A stretch of DNA of 64,000 nt from Eubacteriales bacterium (GTDB lineage: Bacteria; Bacillota; Clostridia; Oscillospirales; CAG-272): NCBI GenBank assembly GCA_045653505.1, contig JAZOLZ010000037.1, forward strand, positions 25,263 to 89,262, given 5' to 3'. A program made the translations under genes and the position numbers. This document shows, piece after piece, positions 29,819 to 40,190 of this stretch (the first letter of the stretch is position 1; each line of letters opens with the position of its first letter). The notes under the pieces were generated by a model that was not told where the DNA came from, did not search any database, and saw only the letters and a program-made list of their open reading frames with translations.

Positions 29819-30355
29819 ATGGCGGGGTTGGTTTATACCACTCTTATCATAATTCTCTTTGATATTTTACTTTTTGAAACAGTCAGTATCCAATTTCTTT
29901 ATAGCGATAATTCTCTTAAAATCAACATTAATTTTGTTTTTTTGGCAATAAATCTTACGCCGGGGGGCAAAAATAAGAAAAAGATTAAAGAGAAAAGGGC
30001 AAAAAAACGACCTTTACCCGTTAAAGAAATTATAGATAGTTTAGGTGCGCTTTTTAAAAAATCGAGCCTGACGGTAAACAAGTTTAAGATAAAGACACGT
30101 AGGGATGACTATTTTGATGCAGCCGGTGACTTTGGCAAAATGGCATTTATCCTATCACTTGTTTTGCCTATTTTAAAAAACGGGGTATATAAACTCGATA
30201 TTAAAAAGGATGCTATAGTCCTTGGGGAGGAAAACGAGGTCGACGTAGAGATACAGACGCTTTTGTGTTTACTGCTTTTTTCTCTTATAAAAATTGCCTT
30301 TGCCTTTTTACGGACAAGATTTAAAAATAGGAGAAAAGTTAGAGTTGGAAATTAA
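29819..30355 (+). CDS. Hypothetical membrane protein (YtfI/DUF2953-like by position)
   Basis: AGGAG RBS, hydrophobic termini, lies before gerW as ytfI does. Confidence 0.55.
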   Translation: MAGLVYTTLIIILFDILLFETVSIQFLYSDNSLKININFVFLAINLTPGGKNKKKIKEKRAKKRPLPVKEIIDSLGALFKKSSLTVNKFKIKTRRDDYFDAAGDFGKMAFILSLVLPILKNGVYKLDIKKDAIVLGEENEVDVEIQTLLCLLLFSLIKIAFAFLRTRFKNRRKVRVGN

Positions 30356-30722
30356 TGACTTTGATAAAAGTGGATTTAATTTAAGTGAGGGGATAAGATC
30401 CTTTGCTGAAATGAATACTGTTATAGGCGCGCCTATAACCACAGAAAACGGAGTTACGGTCATACCCATATCAAAGGTATCGGTAGGACAGATTGGCGCA
30501 AATATAGATATTTTTGGCAATAAGGGAGCAGATGAACCGAAGTTTGGCGGAGGAACAGGTATGGGTGCATCAATTACGCCTATTGCCTTTCTGACTGTCG
30601 GCAAGGATGCATCGATAAGCCTTTTGCCGATAGAAAATAAGGATGCGGGAATAGAAAGAATAGCATCACTTATTGAAAAATCACCTGAGATAATACAAAA
30701 GTTAAAGGGTGCTATTTTTTGA
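30345..30722 (+). CDS. gerW: GerW/YtfJ family sporulation protein
   Basis: NTVIGxPI, VIPISKVSVG, FGGGxGxG, ITPIAFL; TTG start uncertain. Confidence 0.8.
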   Translation: MEINDFDKSGFNLSEGIRSFAEMNTVIGAPITTENGVTVIPISKVSVGQIGANIDIFGNKGADEPKFGGGTGMGASITPIAFLTVGKDASISLLPIENKDAGIERIASLIEKSPEIIQKLKGAIF

Positions 30723-30784
30723 AATTTTTGCTTTAATATTCTCTTTTTAAGTAGACAAAATATCCAAAAGGAGAATGTTAATTT

Positions 30785-31651
30785 ATGCTTAAAGTCTTTA
30801 TTTTGTTAAGTTTAGTTGTCGTAATGCTCGTTAATAGTTCGATCGGCGTTATAGAAGAAGCAAAGGATATACGCGAAATACAATATTGTTCAAGCGAGAC
30901 CGAATGTGCCGCCAAAGCTCCAAGTGTAAGCGCAAAATCAGCCTGCCTTTACGATGCTTGCTTAAAGAGGGTGCTTTATGAGAAGAATGCAAGCGCGCCC
31001 TTGCCTATGGCAAGCACAACTAAGATTATGAGCGCACTTGTCGCTATTGAAAATGCGGATATAAATAAAACGGTAACTGTGAGTGATGAGGCAATTGGTA
31101 CAGAGGGCTCAAGCATATATTTAAAGAGTGGGGAGAGCTTTAAGCTTATTGACCTTATATACGCAATGCTCCTTTCAAGCGCGAATGACGCCTCGGTTGC
31201 GGTGGCAATAGAGGTAGGCGGAAGTGTAAATGGCTTTGCAGAACTTATGAACAAAAGAGCAAGAGAATTGGGGCTTAAGAATACGCATTTTGTAAATCCG
31301 CACGGTCTTGATGACCCAGAGCATTATACTACGGCGCTTGAACTTGCCATAATAACTGCAGAGGCGCTAAAAAACCCGATTTTTAAAGAGATAGCATCAA
31401 GTTATACAAAGGAAATTACCTCGCTTGAGGGTCAAAAAAGACTGCTTGTAAATCATAACAAACTCTTAAAGCAGATAGACGGCTGTATAGGCGTTAAAAC
31501 CGGCTTTACAAAGCGCAGCGGCAGATCCTTAGTTGGTGCTGTGGAGCGAGACGGACAGATGCTTATAAGCGTTACTATAAATGCTCCCGATGACTGGAGC
31601 GACCACAAAAGGCTTATTGATTACGGATATGAGATACTCAGCTATGAATAA
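30785..31651 (+). CDS. D-alanyl-D-alanine carboxypeptidase (S11, DacB-like)
   Basis: ASTTK, SAN, NPHGL, KTG; signal peptide. Confidence 0.9.
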   Translation: MLKVFILLSLVVVMLVNSSIGVIEEAKDIREIQYCSSETECAAKAPSVSAKSACLYDACLKRVLYEKNASAPLPMASTTKIMSALVAIENADINKTVTVSDEAIGTEGSSIYLKSGESFKLIDLIYAMLLSSANDASVAVAIEVGGSVNGFAELMNKRARELGLKNTHFVNPHGLDDPEHYTTALELAIITAEALKNPIFKEIASSYTKEITSLEGQKRLLVNHNKLLKQIDGCIGVKTGFTKRSGRSLVGAVERDGQMLISVTINAPDDWSDHKRLIDYGYEILSYE

Positions 31652-31721
31652 ATAAAAAAAGGTGCTTTTTTGCCCTTTTATATTGGTTTTAGATTGAAAA
31701 TAATTAATTTTAAGGATAGAT

Positions 31722-32462
31722 ATGGAAAAAATCAGACTGCAAAAGTTTATTGCCGACGCAGGTCTTATGTCAAGGCGCGCGGCTGAAAAGGAAATTGAAC
31801 TCGGTCACTTCAGTGTAAACGGACATCTTGCAGATATAGGCTGTAAGGTTGACCCCAAAAACGACCACGTTACCTACAAAGGCAAAAAGGTTGCTTATGA
31901 GTTTAAGGCTAAGCACACCTACATAATGATGAATAAGCCGAGAGGTTATCTGTGCTCAACAAGTGATGACAGAGGCAGAAAATGTGTGACAGACCTACTT
32001 GAGGACGTTGATGCAAGAGTTTACCCCGTTGGCAGACTTGACCTTATATCCGAGGGTATGCTGCTGCTTACCGATGACGGAGCACTTAAAAACAAACTGA
32101 CACACCCATCCACTTCCCTGCCTAAGGTGTATAGAGTTAAGGTAGATAAAAAGGTAAGCGAGGTACAGTATGAAATACTCACCTCACCCCTTGAAATTGA
32201 CGGATATACAATTAAGCCTGTAAGTGTCAGTGTAGGAGAGAGCGACGAGAGTGGCACGGTATTAAAAATGACGCTGCTTGAGGGTAGAAACAGACAGATA
32301 AGAAAGATGTGCGAGGCGGCAGATCTTGTGGTAAAAAGACTCTCAAGAGTATCTATTGGCAACCTTAAACTTGACGGTCTGCCCGTAGGTAAATGGAGAT
32401 ATCTTACCGATAGTGAGGTAGAATATCTTAAGAAGGCAACGGCGGTAAAAAAGCATGTTTAA
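31722..32462 (+). CDS. rluB: 23S rRNA pseudouridine synthase (RluB/RsuA family)
   Basis: S4 domain RLQKF..SRR, GRLD, EGRNRQIRKM. Confidence 0.88.
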   Translation: MEKIRLQKFIADAGLMSRRAAEKEIELGHFSVNGHLADIGCKVDPKNDHVTYKGKKVAYEFKAKHTYIMMNKPRGYLCSTSDDRGRKCVTDLLEDVDARVYPVGRLDLISEGMLLLTDDGALKNKLTHPSTSLPKVYRVKVDKKVSEVQYEILTSPLEIDGYTIKPVSVSVGESDESGTVLKMTLLEGRNRQIRKMCEAADLVVKRLSRVSIGNLKLDGLPVGKWRYLTDSEVEYLKKATAVKKHV

Positions 32463-32844
32463 GATTACACCTATCCAGGATGAGAAGACGCATATTTTAT
32501 ACGCAGAAAAATGCGGCGCGAAGTACGTAAAAAACGCCTTTGCATACGGTATGTCTGACGTGGAAAACGGCGAGATAATGGGCCTTGCTCAGTTTGAAAT
32601 AAACGGCATTGATGCGCGTGTTTTTGCCTTTAGCGAACCAAAAGATAAGAATGATTTTGAGGCTATGTTTATTTTAGCAAGGCAAACACTTAACTTTATT
32701 GATATGTGTGGTGCAGATACGGTGTACGCAAGTAAGGACGCGTGCGATGAAAGTTTTTTAAAGGCTGTAGGCTTTAAATGGGACGGCGAAGAATACAAAT
32801 GCATAACCACCGGTATGTTTGATGGCAACTGTGGAAACCATTAA
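32455..32844 (+). CDS. Hypothetical protein
   Basis: 129-aa ORF overlapping the rluB stop and followed by a terminator. Confidence 0.7.
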   Translation: MFKITPIQDEKTHILYAEKCGAKYVKNAFAYGMSDVENGEIMGLAQFEINGIDARVFAFSEPKDKNDFEAMFILARQTLNFIDMCGADTVYASKDACDESFLKAVGFKWDGEEYKCITTGMFDGNCGNH

Positions 32845-32872
32845 AATAATGCAATTTTGTAAATAAATATTA

Positions 32873-32920
32873 ACAAAAACGGCTGATATTGTCTATTTTG
32901 ACAGTATCAGCCGTTTTTGT
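32873..32920. terminator. Bidirectional terminator
   Basis: ACAAAAACGGCTGATATTGTC...GACAGTATCAGCCGTTTTTGT between convergent genes. Confidence 0.85.
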
Positions 32921-32971
32921 ATTGAGTTGTGATTTTATCTGCAGTAAAAACATCCCCTGATTTAAAATATA

Positions 32972-33481
32972 CTATCTTTCTATTTTACCGTGCGAGAAAA
33001 GGACGGTATTTTCTGAAAGCTGTAAAACTCCAAAACTGCGCATACCGTCTGAAATGCTGCCGGGATTAAAGAGGTAGAGTGGTTTTTGATTATCAATTTT
33101 TTCAGCCGGAAGATAGCACTCATACGGCAGGTGAGTATGACCGAAAAGGACAATGTCACTTTCCTTTTCTTTTGCAAGAGAAATAAGGCCGCCAAGACCA
33201 CTCTTTGCACCATAAAGATCACCGTGAGTAAGCGTTATTTTTTTATTTAAAAGAGTTATGCTCTCACACTTGTTTATCTGTTGACCCATGACAAATGAAC
33301 GAAAGTCACAGTTGCCCTTTACCATAAGAAAAAATATCCCCGGATATTCTTCCTTTAGCGACTGAATATCACTAAGACCGTCGCCTAAGAAAAACACAAC
33401 CTCAGTATCCTTATGCATCATAAGAGCACGACGCATATAATAGGGTGTGCCGTGGGAATCGGAAAATATAAGACACTTCAT
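32972..33481 (-). CDS. YfcE/MJ0936-type metallophosphoesterase
   Basis: SDSH, GD, GNCD, THG, GHTH, NPGS. Confidence 0.9.
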   Translation of the reverse strand: MKCLIFSDSHGTPYYMRRALMMHKDTEVVFFLGDGLSDIQSLKEEYPGIFFLMVKGNCDFRSFVMGQQINKCESITLLNKKITLTHGDLYGAKSGLGGLISLAKEKESDIVLFGHTHLPYECYLPAEKIDNQKPLYLFNPGSISDGMRSFGVLQLSENTVLFSHGKIER

Positions 33482-33568
33482 ATAAAAATCACCTTAACAA
33501 AAAGAAATTTATAACATATACTGTAAATAGAAAAAGGGTAATAGCCCAACTTTAAGGGGGAAAGGTAA

Positions 33569-33787
33569 ATGAATTTAAACCGTGAAAAATTAATACAGCT
33601 TACTCGCTTAAGCGATGATGAGTTGTGGAATTTTATTGTAAATCTTGCAAAGAATAACGGCATAACTCTGCCAAAGCAAACTCCACCCCACAGCGATATG
33701 GAGAAAATACGCAGTATTGCAAACGCAGACGGCAAAATTAACACTATGGAGGCAGCACGCCTGCTTAATAAATACAAGACGAGGTAA
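33569..33787 (+). CDS. Hypothetical protein (72 aa)
   Basis: AAGGT RBS; first of three ORFs separated by 2 nt. Confidence 0.7.
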   Translation: MNLNREKLIQLTRLSDDELWNFIVNLAKNNGITLPKQTPPHSDMEKIRSIANADGKINTMEAARLLNKYKTR

Positions 33788-33789
33788 AA

Positions 33790-34179
33790 ATGGCAGGAAA
33801 CGGAGTAGATTTAGAAAAAATAATCAAAGTCCTTAGCGAAAATCCCGAGCTTGTCGGCAGTATCCTCTCAAAGCTTGCGGAAAATCAAGAAAAGACAGAT
33901 GAGGTAAGCGCAAGCGCGGCGCAAGGTGATGAAGCCACTAAGGAGCAAGACGCGCAAAGTCTATTAAATACATCAGAGGCCCGCACAGTCTCTGCAAAGG
34001 TTGAAGAAAGCGCGCCGACATCAACATATCCGGGATTTAGCGGACATACACACAACGAAAGCGATAAACGCAAAAGGCTGATATCTGCCCTAAAGTGTTA
34101 CCTATCGCCGAAAAGACAAAAGAGCCTTGAAAGTATGCTTTTAATAAGCGAAATTATCGATATAGCGAAAGGGGGCTAA
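33790..34179 (+). CDS. Hypothetical protein
   Basis: GAGGT RBS; C-terminal LISALKxYLSxKRQ helix motif. Confidence 0.7.
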   Translation: MAGNGVDLEKIIKVLSENPELVGSILSKLAENQEKTDEVSASAAQGDEATKEQDAQSLLNTSEARTVSAKVEESAPTSTYPGFSGHTHNESDKRKRLISALKCYLSPKRQKSLESMLLISEIIDIAKGG

Positions 34180-34181
34180 GA

Positions 34182-34598
34182 TTGTACTCCCGTAATTATT
34201 ATAACCAAAGGAAGGAAATAATTCTGCCGGATAAATATGACGGAACCGCGCTTAGTGATAAAGAAGAGGAAAGCACATACACCGAGTCGAAAGAGGAAAC
34301 GAGCAGTAGCGACAGCAGGGAGAACAAAGAGACACCAAGTGGATTATTCGATTTTGGCAAAGGTGGGACAATGATAGAACAAAACAAAGAAAAACCCGAC
34401 AAAAATGGCGATTTTTCTGCACTTTTCTCTGCCCTGCCGCTAAAGGGGATACTTGGTGGATTTGGACTTGATAAGATCAAAATGCCATCCTTTGATGCAG
34501 AGGATCTGCTTGTACTTGGAATAGCACTTTATTTTCTTTTTTCAAAATCGGGAGATAAGCTCATTGCCATTATGCTCCTTATACTTTTATTTACCTGA
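34182..34598 (+). CDS. Hypothetical protein with hydrophobic C-terminus
   Basis: GGGGG RBS, TTG start; PxxYDG N-terminus and EDLLVLGI..FL C-terminus. Confidence 0.65.
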   Translation: MYSRNYYNQRKEIILPDKYDGTALSDKEEESTYTESKEETSSSDSRENKETPSGLFDFGKGGTMIEQNKEKPDKNGDFSALFSALPLKGILGGFGLDKIKMPSFDAEDLLVLGIALYFLFSKSGDKLIAIMLLILLFT

Positions 34599-34607
34599 AT
34601 ATTGTTT

Positions 34608-34632
34608 TGGGGCTGCGCTATGCACAGCCCCA
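34608..34632. terminator. Hairpin between convergent hypothetical gene and polC
   Basis: TGGGGCTG-9 nt-CAGCCCCA. Confidence 0.55.
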
Positions 34633-34667
34633 CTAAATTTGAAAAAGTCCCCAACGCCTCTTTATCA

Positions 34668-37600
34668 TCAGAACAGCGAGAACTGATTTGTCTCACTGAG
34701 ACCATCAAGAACGTGGTTACGGCGAAGAATATCTACAACCGTTTTGGATATACCCGTACGGTTGCGAAGTTCCTCGATCGAGAAGATATCGTACTTGTTT
34801 CTTGCCTCGATTATCTTCTCTGCCGCTGTATCGCCAAGACCTGTAAGCGAATTAAATGGCATACGGATCTTGCCATTCTCAGGCAGGAATGCGGTTGCAT
34901 CGGATTTTTTGAGGTCAACGTTTAAGAACTCAACTCCACGGGCAAGCGCCTCACGCACAAGTTGAAGGGTTGAGAGAAGTTCGTGATCCTTTTGCGTAGC
35001 CTCGTTGCCCTTGGCCTCAAGATCCTTTATTACAGCGCTTACCTTATTATAGCCGCCTGCAGCAATCTCGGCATCAAAGCCGCCCGGTGCTACCGTAAAG
35101 AATGCTGCATAGAACTCCATAGGATAGTATATCTTATACCAGCAAAGACGGATAGCACTCATTACGTATGCCGCCGCGTGTGCCTTAGGGAACATATACT
35201 TGATCTTTTTACAAGAGTTTATGTACCACTCGGGGACACCGTGCTCAAGCATAGCCTTTTCATACTCCGGCTTAAGTCCCTTACCCTTTCTTACGTCCTC
35301 CATGATTTTAAACGCCATAGAGTCATCAAGTTTATGACGCTGAAGGTAAAGCATAATACCGTCACGTGTACCCACAACCTCGGAAATCGTACAGGTGCCC
35401 GCTTTGATGAGGTCCTGCGCATTACCGAGCCATACGTCTGTACCGTGTGTAAGACCGGATATCTGCATAAGGTCGGCGAAGGTACGAGGCTGAGCATCCT
35501 CAAGCACCTGCTGAATAAATCTTGTACCCATCTCGGGAATACCGAAGGTACCGAGTTTTACACCGCCTATATCCTCAGGAGTAATCTTAAGAGGAGCTGT
35601 GCTGTAGAACAACTCATAAATGCTCTTATCGTTCATTTTAACGTCAAGAACACTTGTGTTTGTGTATCTCTCAAGTACTTTGTACTTGGTAGGCATATCG
35701 TGACCAAGCTCATCAAGTTTAAGTATAGTATCGTGCAGATACGAGAACTGGAAGTGCGTTGTTATAATATCCGAGGTCGGGTCATCTGCAGGGTGCTGAA
35801 CGGGAGTGAAATCATAGATTTCATATTCCTTTGGCACAACTATAATACCACCCGGATGCTGACCCGTAGTACGCTTGATACCAACGAGTTTTGTTACCAT
35901 ATGGCTTATCTCTGCCTTTGGTATCTTGACCTTTTTATCCTCAAGATATTTGTTTACGTATCCCCAGGCAGTCTTTGATGCTATAGTACCCGTAGTACCC
36001 GCACGGAAAACGTGACCCTCACCAAAGAGATCCTCAGTAAACTTATGTACCTTGCCTTGTACATCACCCGAGAAGTTAAGGTCGATATCGGGAGATTTGT
36101 CACCGTGGAAGCCAAGGAAGGTCTCAAAGGGAATATCCTGACCGTCTGCCACCAAAGGCTCACCGCATTTTGGACAGTTTTTATCGGGTAAATCAAAGCC
36201 CGAGCCGACACTGCCGTCTGTAAAGAATTCACTGTACCTGCACTTTGGACAACGGTAGTGCGGAGGCAGAGGGTTAACCTCTGAAATGCCCGAAACAGTA
36301 GCTACAAAGGACGAGCCTACCGAACCGCGCGAGCCTACTAAGTATCCGAGTTTTTCCGAATAATCAACAAGTTTTACCGCAATCATATAAAGAACGGCAA
36401 AACCGTTTTTAATGATAGAGTCAAGCTCCCTTTTAAGCCTGTTTTCAACAAGCGCAGGAAGGGGATCACCGTACCACTCATGGGCACGGTCCCAGCAGGA
36501 TTTTGTAAGATCCTCGTTAGCACCGGGAAGATTGGGGGTATACGTACCCTTTGGGATAGGCCTTATTTTGTCGCACATATCGGCTATAAGGTTAGTATTT
36601 GTTACTACAACCTCATACGCAGCCTCCTTGCCGAGATACTCAAACTCCTTTAGCATCTCATCGGTGGTGCGAAGATAGATAGGCATAGGCTTATCGGCAT
36701 CGCGGAACTTTTGTCCTGCCAAGAGTATGCGACGGTAAATCTCATCCTCTTTATCGACAAAGTGCGCATCACAAGTAGCGCATACGGGCTTGCCGAGTTT
36801 TTTGCCTAAATCATAAATGTATTTGTTTATTTCAATAAGTCGTTCCTCATTTGCGACCTCACCGTCATCAATAAGGAAGCGGTTATTATCAAGCGGCTGT
36901 ATCTCAAGATAATCGTAGAAGTCAGCAATTTCCTCGATATCAGCCTCACTGCGACCCTTTAGGATTGCCTGATAAAGCTCTCCCGACTCGCAGGCAGAAC
37001 CGATTATAAGACCCTCCCTGTGGTTTTCAAGAACACTCTTGGGAATACGGGGGGACTTTTTACGTCTGCCGCCGTAATACTTAAGATAGCTCATCGAAAT
37101 AAGCTTATAAAGATTTTTAAGACCCGCTAAATTCTTTGCAAATATTACCATATGATAAGCATCGAGCTTAAGAGGGTCTGTCTTTTCACTCATCGCCTCT
37201 ATCATCTCATCAAAATTGGTTATACCGTCACTGATAAGAAGAGATTGCATCTTAAAGAAGATGTGCGCAAGTATAGTTGCGTCATCCGAGGCTCTGTGAT
37301 GATGGAAATCGTCAAGCTCATAATGCTTTGCAATAGCGGCAAGATTGTGCTGCTTTAAATCCGAGTTTACAAACTTGGAAAGTCCCAGAGTATCAAGATA
37401 AGTATTATTAAACTCAAAGCCCTGCCTCTGACACGCAACACGGATAAAGCCACAGTCAAAGTTCGCATTATGCGCAATAAGTAAAGTATCCTTTGCAAAA
37501 TCAAGGAATTTTTCAAGCGCTTGCCTCTCGGTATATTGACCCTTAACCATCTCATCGGTTATCGATGTGAGTTTTGTTATCTCCTCGGGAATAGGACACT

Positions 37601-39086
37601 CGGGGTCAACAAAGATGTCCATAGTATCTATAATTTTGCCGCTTTTAATTTTAACGGCGCCGATCTCGATTATCTTGCAGGAGCGGTTATCAAAGCCGGT
37701 TGTCTCGATATCAAAAACGGTCATCTCATCTTCAAATGAGGGGTATTTGTTACCGAAAACGCACTTTGCAGTATCGTTTACATAGTATGCCTCCATACCG
37801 TAAAGAACCTTTAAATCACTGCCCTCTGCCTTTTCGAGCGCAAGCATTATCTCAGGGTAACTCTGTACGTTACCGTGGTCTGTAACGGCAATTGCCTTAT
37901 GTCCCCATCTGATTGCAGTAGAGATTACCTCCTTGGGGCTGATGATGGCATCCATCTGAGACATATTGGTATGTAAGTGGAGTTCAACGCGCTTTTCCTT
38001 GGCGTTATCCTCCCTCTGTAGCCTCTTTATCTTTTTAATGCCCTTAAAACTGACAAAGGCCTCATTGTCAAACTTATCGTACATTATCCTGCCGGATACG
38101 GCAACGTGCATACCTTCTTTAATTTTCTTTGACCAGTCTATCTTGTCGGGCTCAAAAACCTTTTTTAAATATATACCGCACGCACCGTCGGATATACCTA
38201 TTGTAATATTGAACTTCTCGCCGCGTCTTATATCCTTGGTAGTAACCTCAAAGACTGTACCTAAGAATATGCAACTACCCTTTATCTTATCGGCATTTGC
38301 TATGGCGTTTGGCTCAACTATATCAAAGTCATCACCGTAAATGAGTTCGGCATTTGAGATATCATAGGTAGCAGTGCCTATTTTGAATACGGTATCGCTT
38401 ACCATATCAAAGGTCTCTGCCTCCTTTAGCATACTGACCTTTTTATCAAAATCATAATGAGGGTCAGCCGCACGCGCCTCGGCCTCCTTTTGCGCTCTGG
38501 CCTCCTCACGCAGCTTTATTGCCTCGCTTGCGTTCCTCTCAGTAACCTGCTCTAGTACCTCTTTGCGGTGCTTTTCTATATTCCTTTTATATTCAAAGGT
38601 ATTATCGGCCTCTTCTATTGCAATCTTCCTTACAGTATTGTATCTTACAAACAAAATACGCGCAAGAATATCAGAGGTGCTGGATTTTTCAACAAACTCA
38701 ATACCGTGTCTGTCAAAGGGTATTTTTACGGTAATAGTCTCGCCGTCATCATAATAATTGGCATCAGAGAAAAATCCCCTTGTCACAGCGCCCGAAAGAA
38801 CGGCCTCTGCCGCTACCTCGGGAAAATACTCTATGCTGAAGCACTCCTTTGAAAAGCGGGGGATGATCTTTATTCTGTTGTACTCATATTTCTCGCACAC
38901 CTCAGCCTCTATCTCGTAGATAAGCTCAGGATCCTCGTGACGCTCAAAGGCAAGCTGAATCTCAAATATTTTGTTTTGAGAGTCGTGCTTATAGGTAATA
39001 ACCCTGGCGCCCTCAAGAGCCACCCTCTTCTCATCTGTGGGATTATAGCGCTTGAATATGTCAAAAAATCTCTTATCGGGATTCAT
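34668..39086 (-). CDS. polC: DNA polymerase III PolC-type
   Basis: ELHLHT PHP domain, FDIETTG exonuclease, GSRGSVGSS, PDIDLNF, YMFPKAHA. Confidence 0.97.
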   Translation of the reverse strand: MNPDKRFFDIFKRYNPTDEKRVALEGARVITYKHDSQNKIFEIQLAFERHEDPELIYEIEAEVCEKYEYNRIKIIPRFSKECFSIEYFPEVAAEAVLSGAVTRGFFSDANYYDDGETITVKIPFDRHGIEFVEKSSTSDILARILFVRYNTVRKIAIEEADNTFEYKRNIEKHRKEVLEQVTERNASEAIKLREEARAQKEAEARAADPHYDFDKKVSMLKEAETFDMVSDTVFKIGTATYDISNAELIYGDDFDIVEPNAIANADKIKGSCIFLGTVFEVTTKDIRRGEKFNITIGISDGACGIYLKKVFEPDKIDWSKKIKEGMHVAVSGRIMYDKFDNEAFVSFKGIKKIKRLQREDNAKEKRVELHLHTNMSQMDAIISPKEVISTAIRWGHKAIAVTDHGNVQSYPEIMLALEKAEGSDLKVLYGMEAYYVNDTAKCVFGNKYPSFEDEMTVFDIETTGFDNRSCKIIEIGAVKIKSGKIIDTMDIFVDPECPIPEEITKLTSITDEMVKGQYTERQALEKFLDFAKDTLLIAHNANFDCGFIRVACQRQGFEFNNTYLDTLGLSKFVNSDLKQHNLAAIAKHYELDDFHHHRASDDATILAHIFFKMQSLLISDGITNFDEMIEAMSEKTDPLKLDAYHMVIFAKNLAGLKNLYKLISMSYLKYYGGRRKKSPRIPKSVLENHREGLIIGSACESGELYQAILKGRSEADIEEIADFYDYLEIQPLDNNRFLIDDGEVANEERLIEINKYIYDLGKKLGKPVCATCDAHFVDKEDEIYRRILLAGQKFRDADKPMPIYLRTTDEMLKEFEYLGKEAAYEVVVTNTNLIADMCDKIRPIPKGTYTPNLPGANEDLTKSCWDRAHEWYGDPLPALVENRLKRELDSIIKNGFAVLYMIAVKLVDYSEKLGYLVGSRGSVGSSFVATVSGISEVNPLPPHYRCPKCRYSEFFTDGSVGSGFDLPDKNCPKCGEPLVADGQDIPFETFLGFHGDKSPDIDLNFSGDVQGKVHKFTEDLFGEGHVFRAGTTGTIASKTAWGYVNKYLEDKKVKIPKAEISHMVTKLVGIKRTTGQHPGGIIVVPKEYEIYDFTPVQHPADDPTSDIITTHFQFSYLHDTILKLDELGHDMPTKYKVLERYTNTSVLDVKMNDKSIYELFYSTAPLKITPEDIGGVKLGTFGIPEMGTRFIQQVLEDAQPRTFADLMQISGLTHGTDVWLGNAQDLIKAGTCTISEVVGTRDGIMLYLQRHKLDDSMAFKIMEDVRKGKGLKPEYEKAMLEHGVPEWYINSCKKIKYMFPKAHAAAYVMSAIRLCWYKIYYPMEFYAAFFTVAPGGFDAEIAAGGYNKVSAVIKDLEAKGNEATQKDHELLSTLQLVREALARGVEFLNVDLKKSDATAFLPENGKIRMPFNSLTGLGDTAAEKIIEARNKYDIFSIEELRNRTGISKTVVDILRRNHVLDGLSETNQFSLF

Positions 39087-39095
39087 TTTTCCCCC

Positions 39096-40190
39096 TTATA
39101 AAGCAGTCTTAATTTCGTTTATGAGTTCGTCTACCAAACTCTCTTCCTTTATTTTACGTATAATTTCACCCTTTTTAAAGAGCAGTGCCTCACCCTTGCC
39201 GCCTGCTATACCGATATCGGCCTGCATTGCCTCGCCCGGGCCGTTTACCGCACATCCCATAAAGGCTACGGTTATATTTCTTTTATCAAGACCAAGTGCC
39301 TTTGCCTTAGCCTCAAACTCCGAGAGCAGAGGAATAAGGTCAATGCTTGTCCTGCCGCAAGTTGGGCAAGATATTATATCCATTCCCCCATTGTTGCAAA
39401 GTTCAAGAGATGACAAAATCGCCCTTGCTGTCTCCACCTCATTCTCAGGCGCCTCGGTAAGAGATACCCTTACCGTATCACCGATACCCATAGACAAAAG
39501 CGAGCCTATGCCGATGCTGCTTTTTATACACGCCCTTGCGCCTGCTCCTGCCTCGGTAACGCCAAGATGCAGAGGATACTCTGTCATATCGGCAAGAATA
39601 CGGTTAGCCTCTATCATAGTGCGTACACTTGAGGATTTTACCGACAAAACGGTATTGTAAAAATCAAGTTCTTCAAGTATTTTTGCATGGTTGAGCGCAC
39701 TCTGTGCCAAAGCCTTGGCATTTGGTGAGCCGTACTTTTGCAAAAGAGATTTTTCAAGAGATCCCGAGTTTACTCCAATGCGTATCGGCACACCGTACTC
39801 GTTGCACTTTTTTACAACCTCGAGGGTATTTTGCCTTGAGCCGATATTACCCGGATTAATGCGTATCTTGTCAGCCCCTGCCATAATTGCCCCAATGGCT
39901 ATTTTATAATCAAAATGTACGTCTGCCACAAGGGGGATATTTATGCCCCTTTGCTTTAAGACGCTAAACGTCCTTGCCGCCTCTATATCCGGTACGGCAA
40001 GACGCACCATATCGCATCCATTTTCTACAAGCCTTTGTACCTGGCTGTAGGTTGCATCTATATCATGCGTATCGGTATTGGTCATCGACTGTATCAAGAT
40101 TGGCGAATTACCGCCTATTGTCACATTGCCGACCTTTACCGAAACACTTTTTCTTCTTTTTATGTCAGTATTCATATTTTTCTTACGCAA
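39096..40190 (-). CDS. ispG: HMBPP synthase
   Basis: QSMTNT, RINPGN, RIGVNSGS, CPTCGR, GCAVNGPGE. Confidence 0.96.
   Translation of the reverse strand: MRKKNMNTDIKRRKSVSVKVGNVTIGGNSPILIQSMTNTDTHDIDATYSQVQRLVENGCDMVRLAVPDIEAARTFSVLKQRGINIPLVADVHFDYKIAIGAIMAGADKIRINPGNIGSRQNTLEVVKKCNEYGVPIRIGVNSGSLEKSLLQKYGSPNAKALAQSALNHAKILEELDFYNTVLSVKSSSVRTMIEANRILADMTEYPLHLGVTEAGAGARACIKSSIGIGSLLSMGIGDTVRVSLTEAPENEVETARAILSSLELCNNGGMDIISCPTCGRTSIDLIPLLSEFEAKAKALGLDKRNITVAFMGCAVNGPGEAMQADIGIAGGKGEALLFKKGEIIRKIKEESLVDELINEIKTAL

Noticed and set aside
34983-35978. 331-aa + strand ORF
   Set aside because: Entirely antisense to polC with no recognisable motifs; shadow of codon bias.
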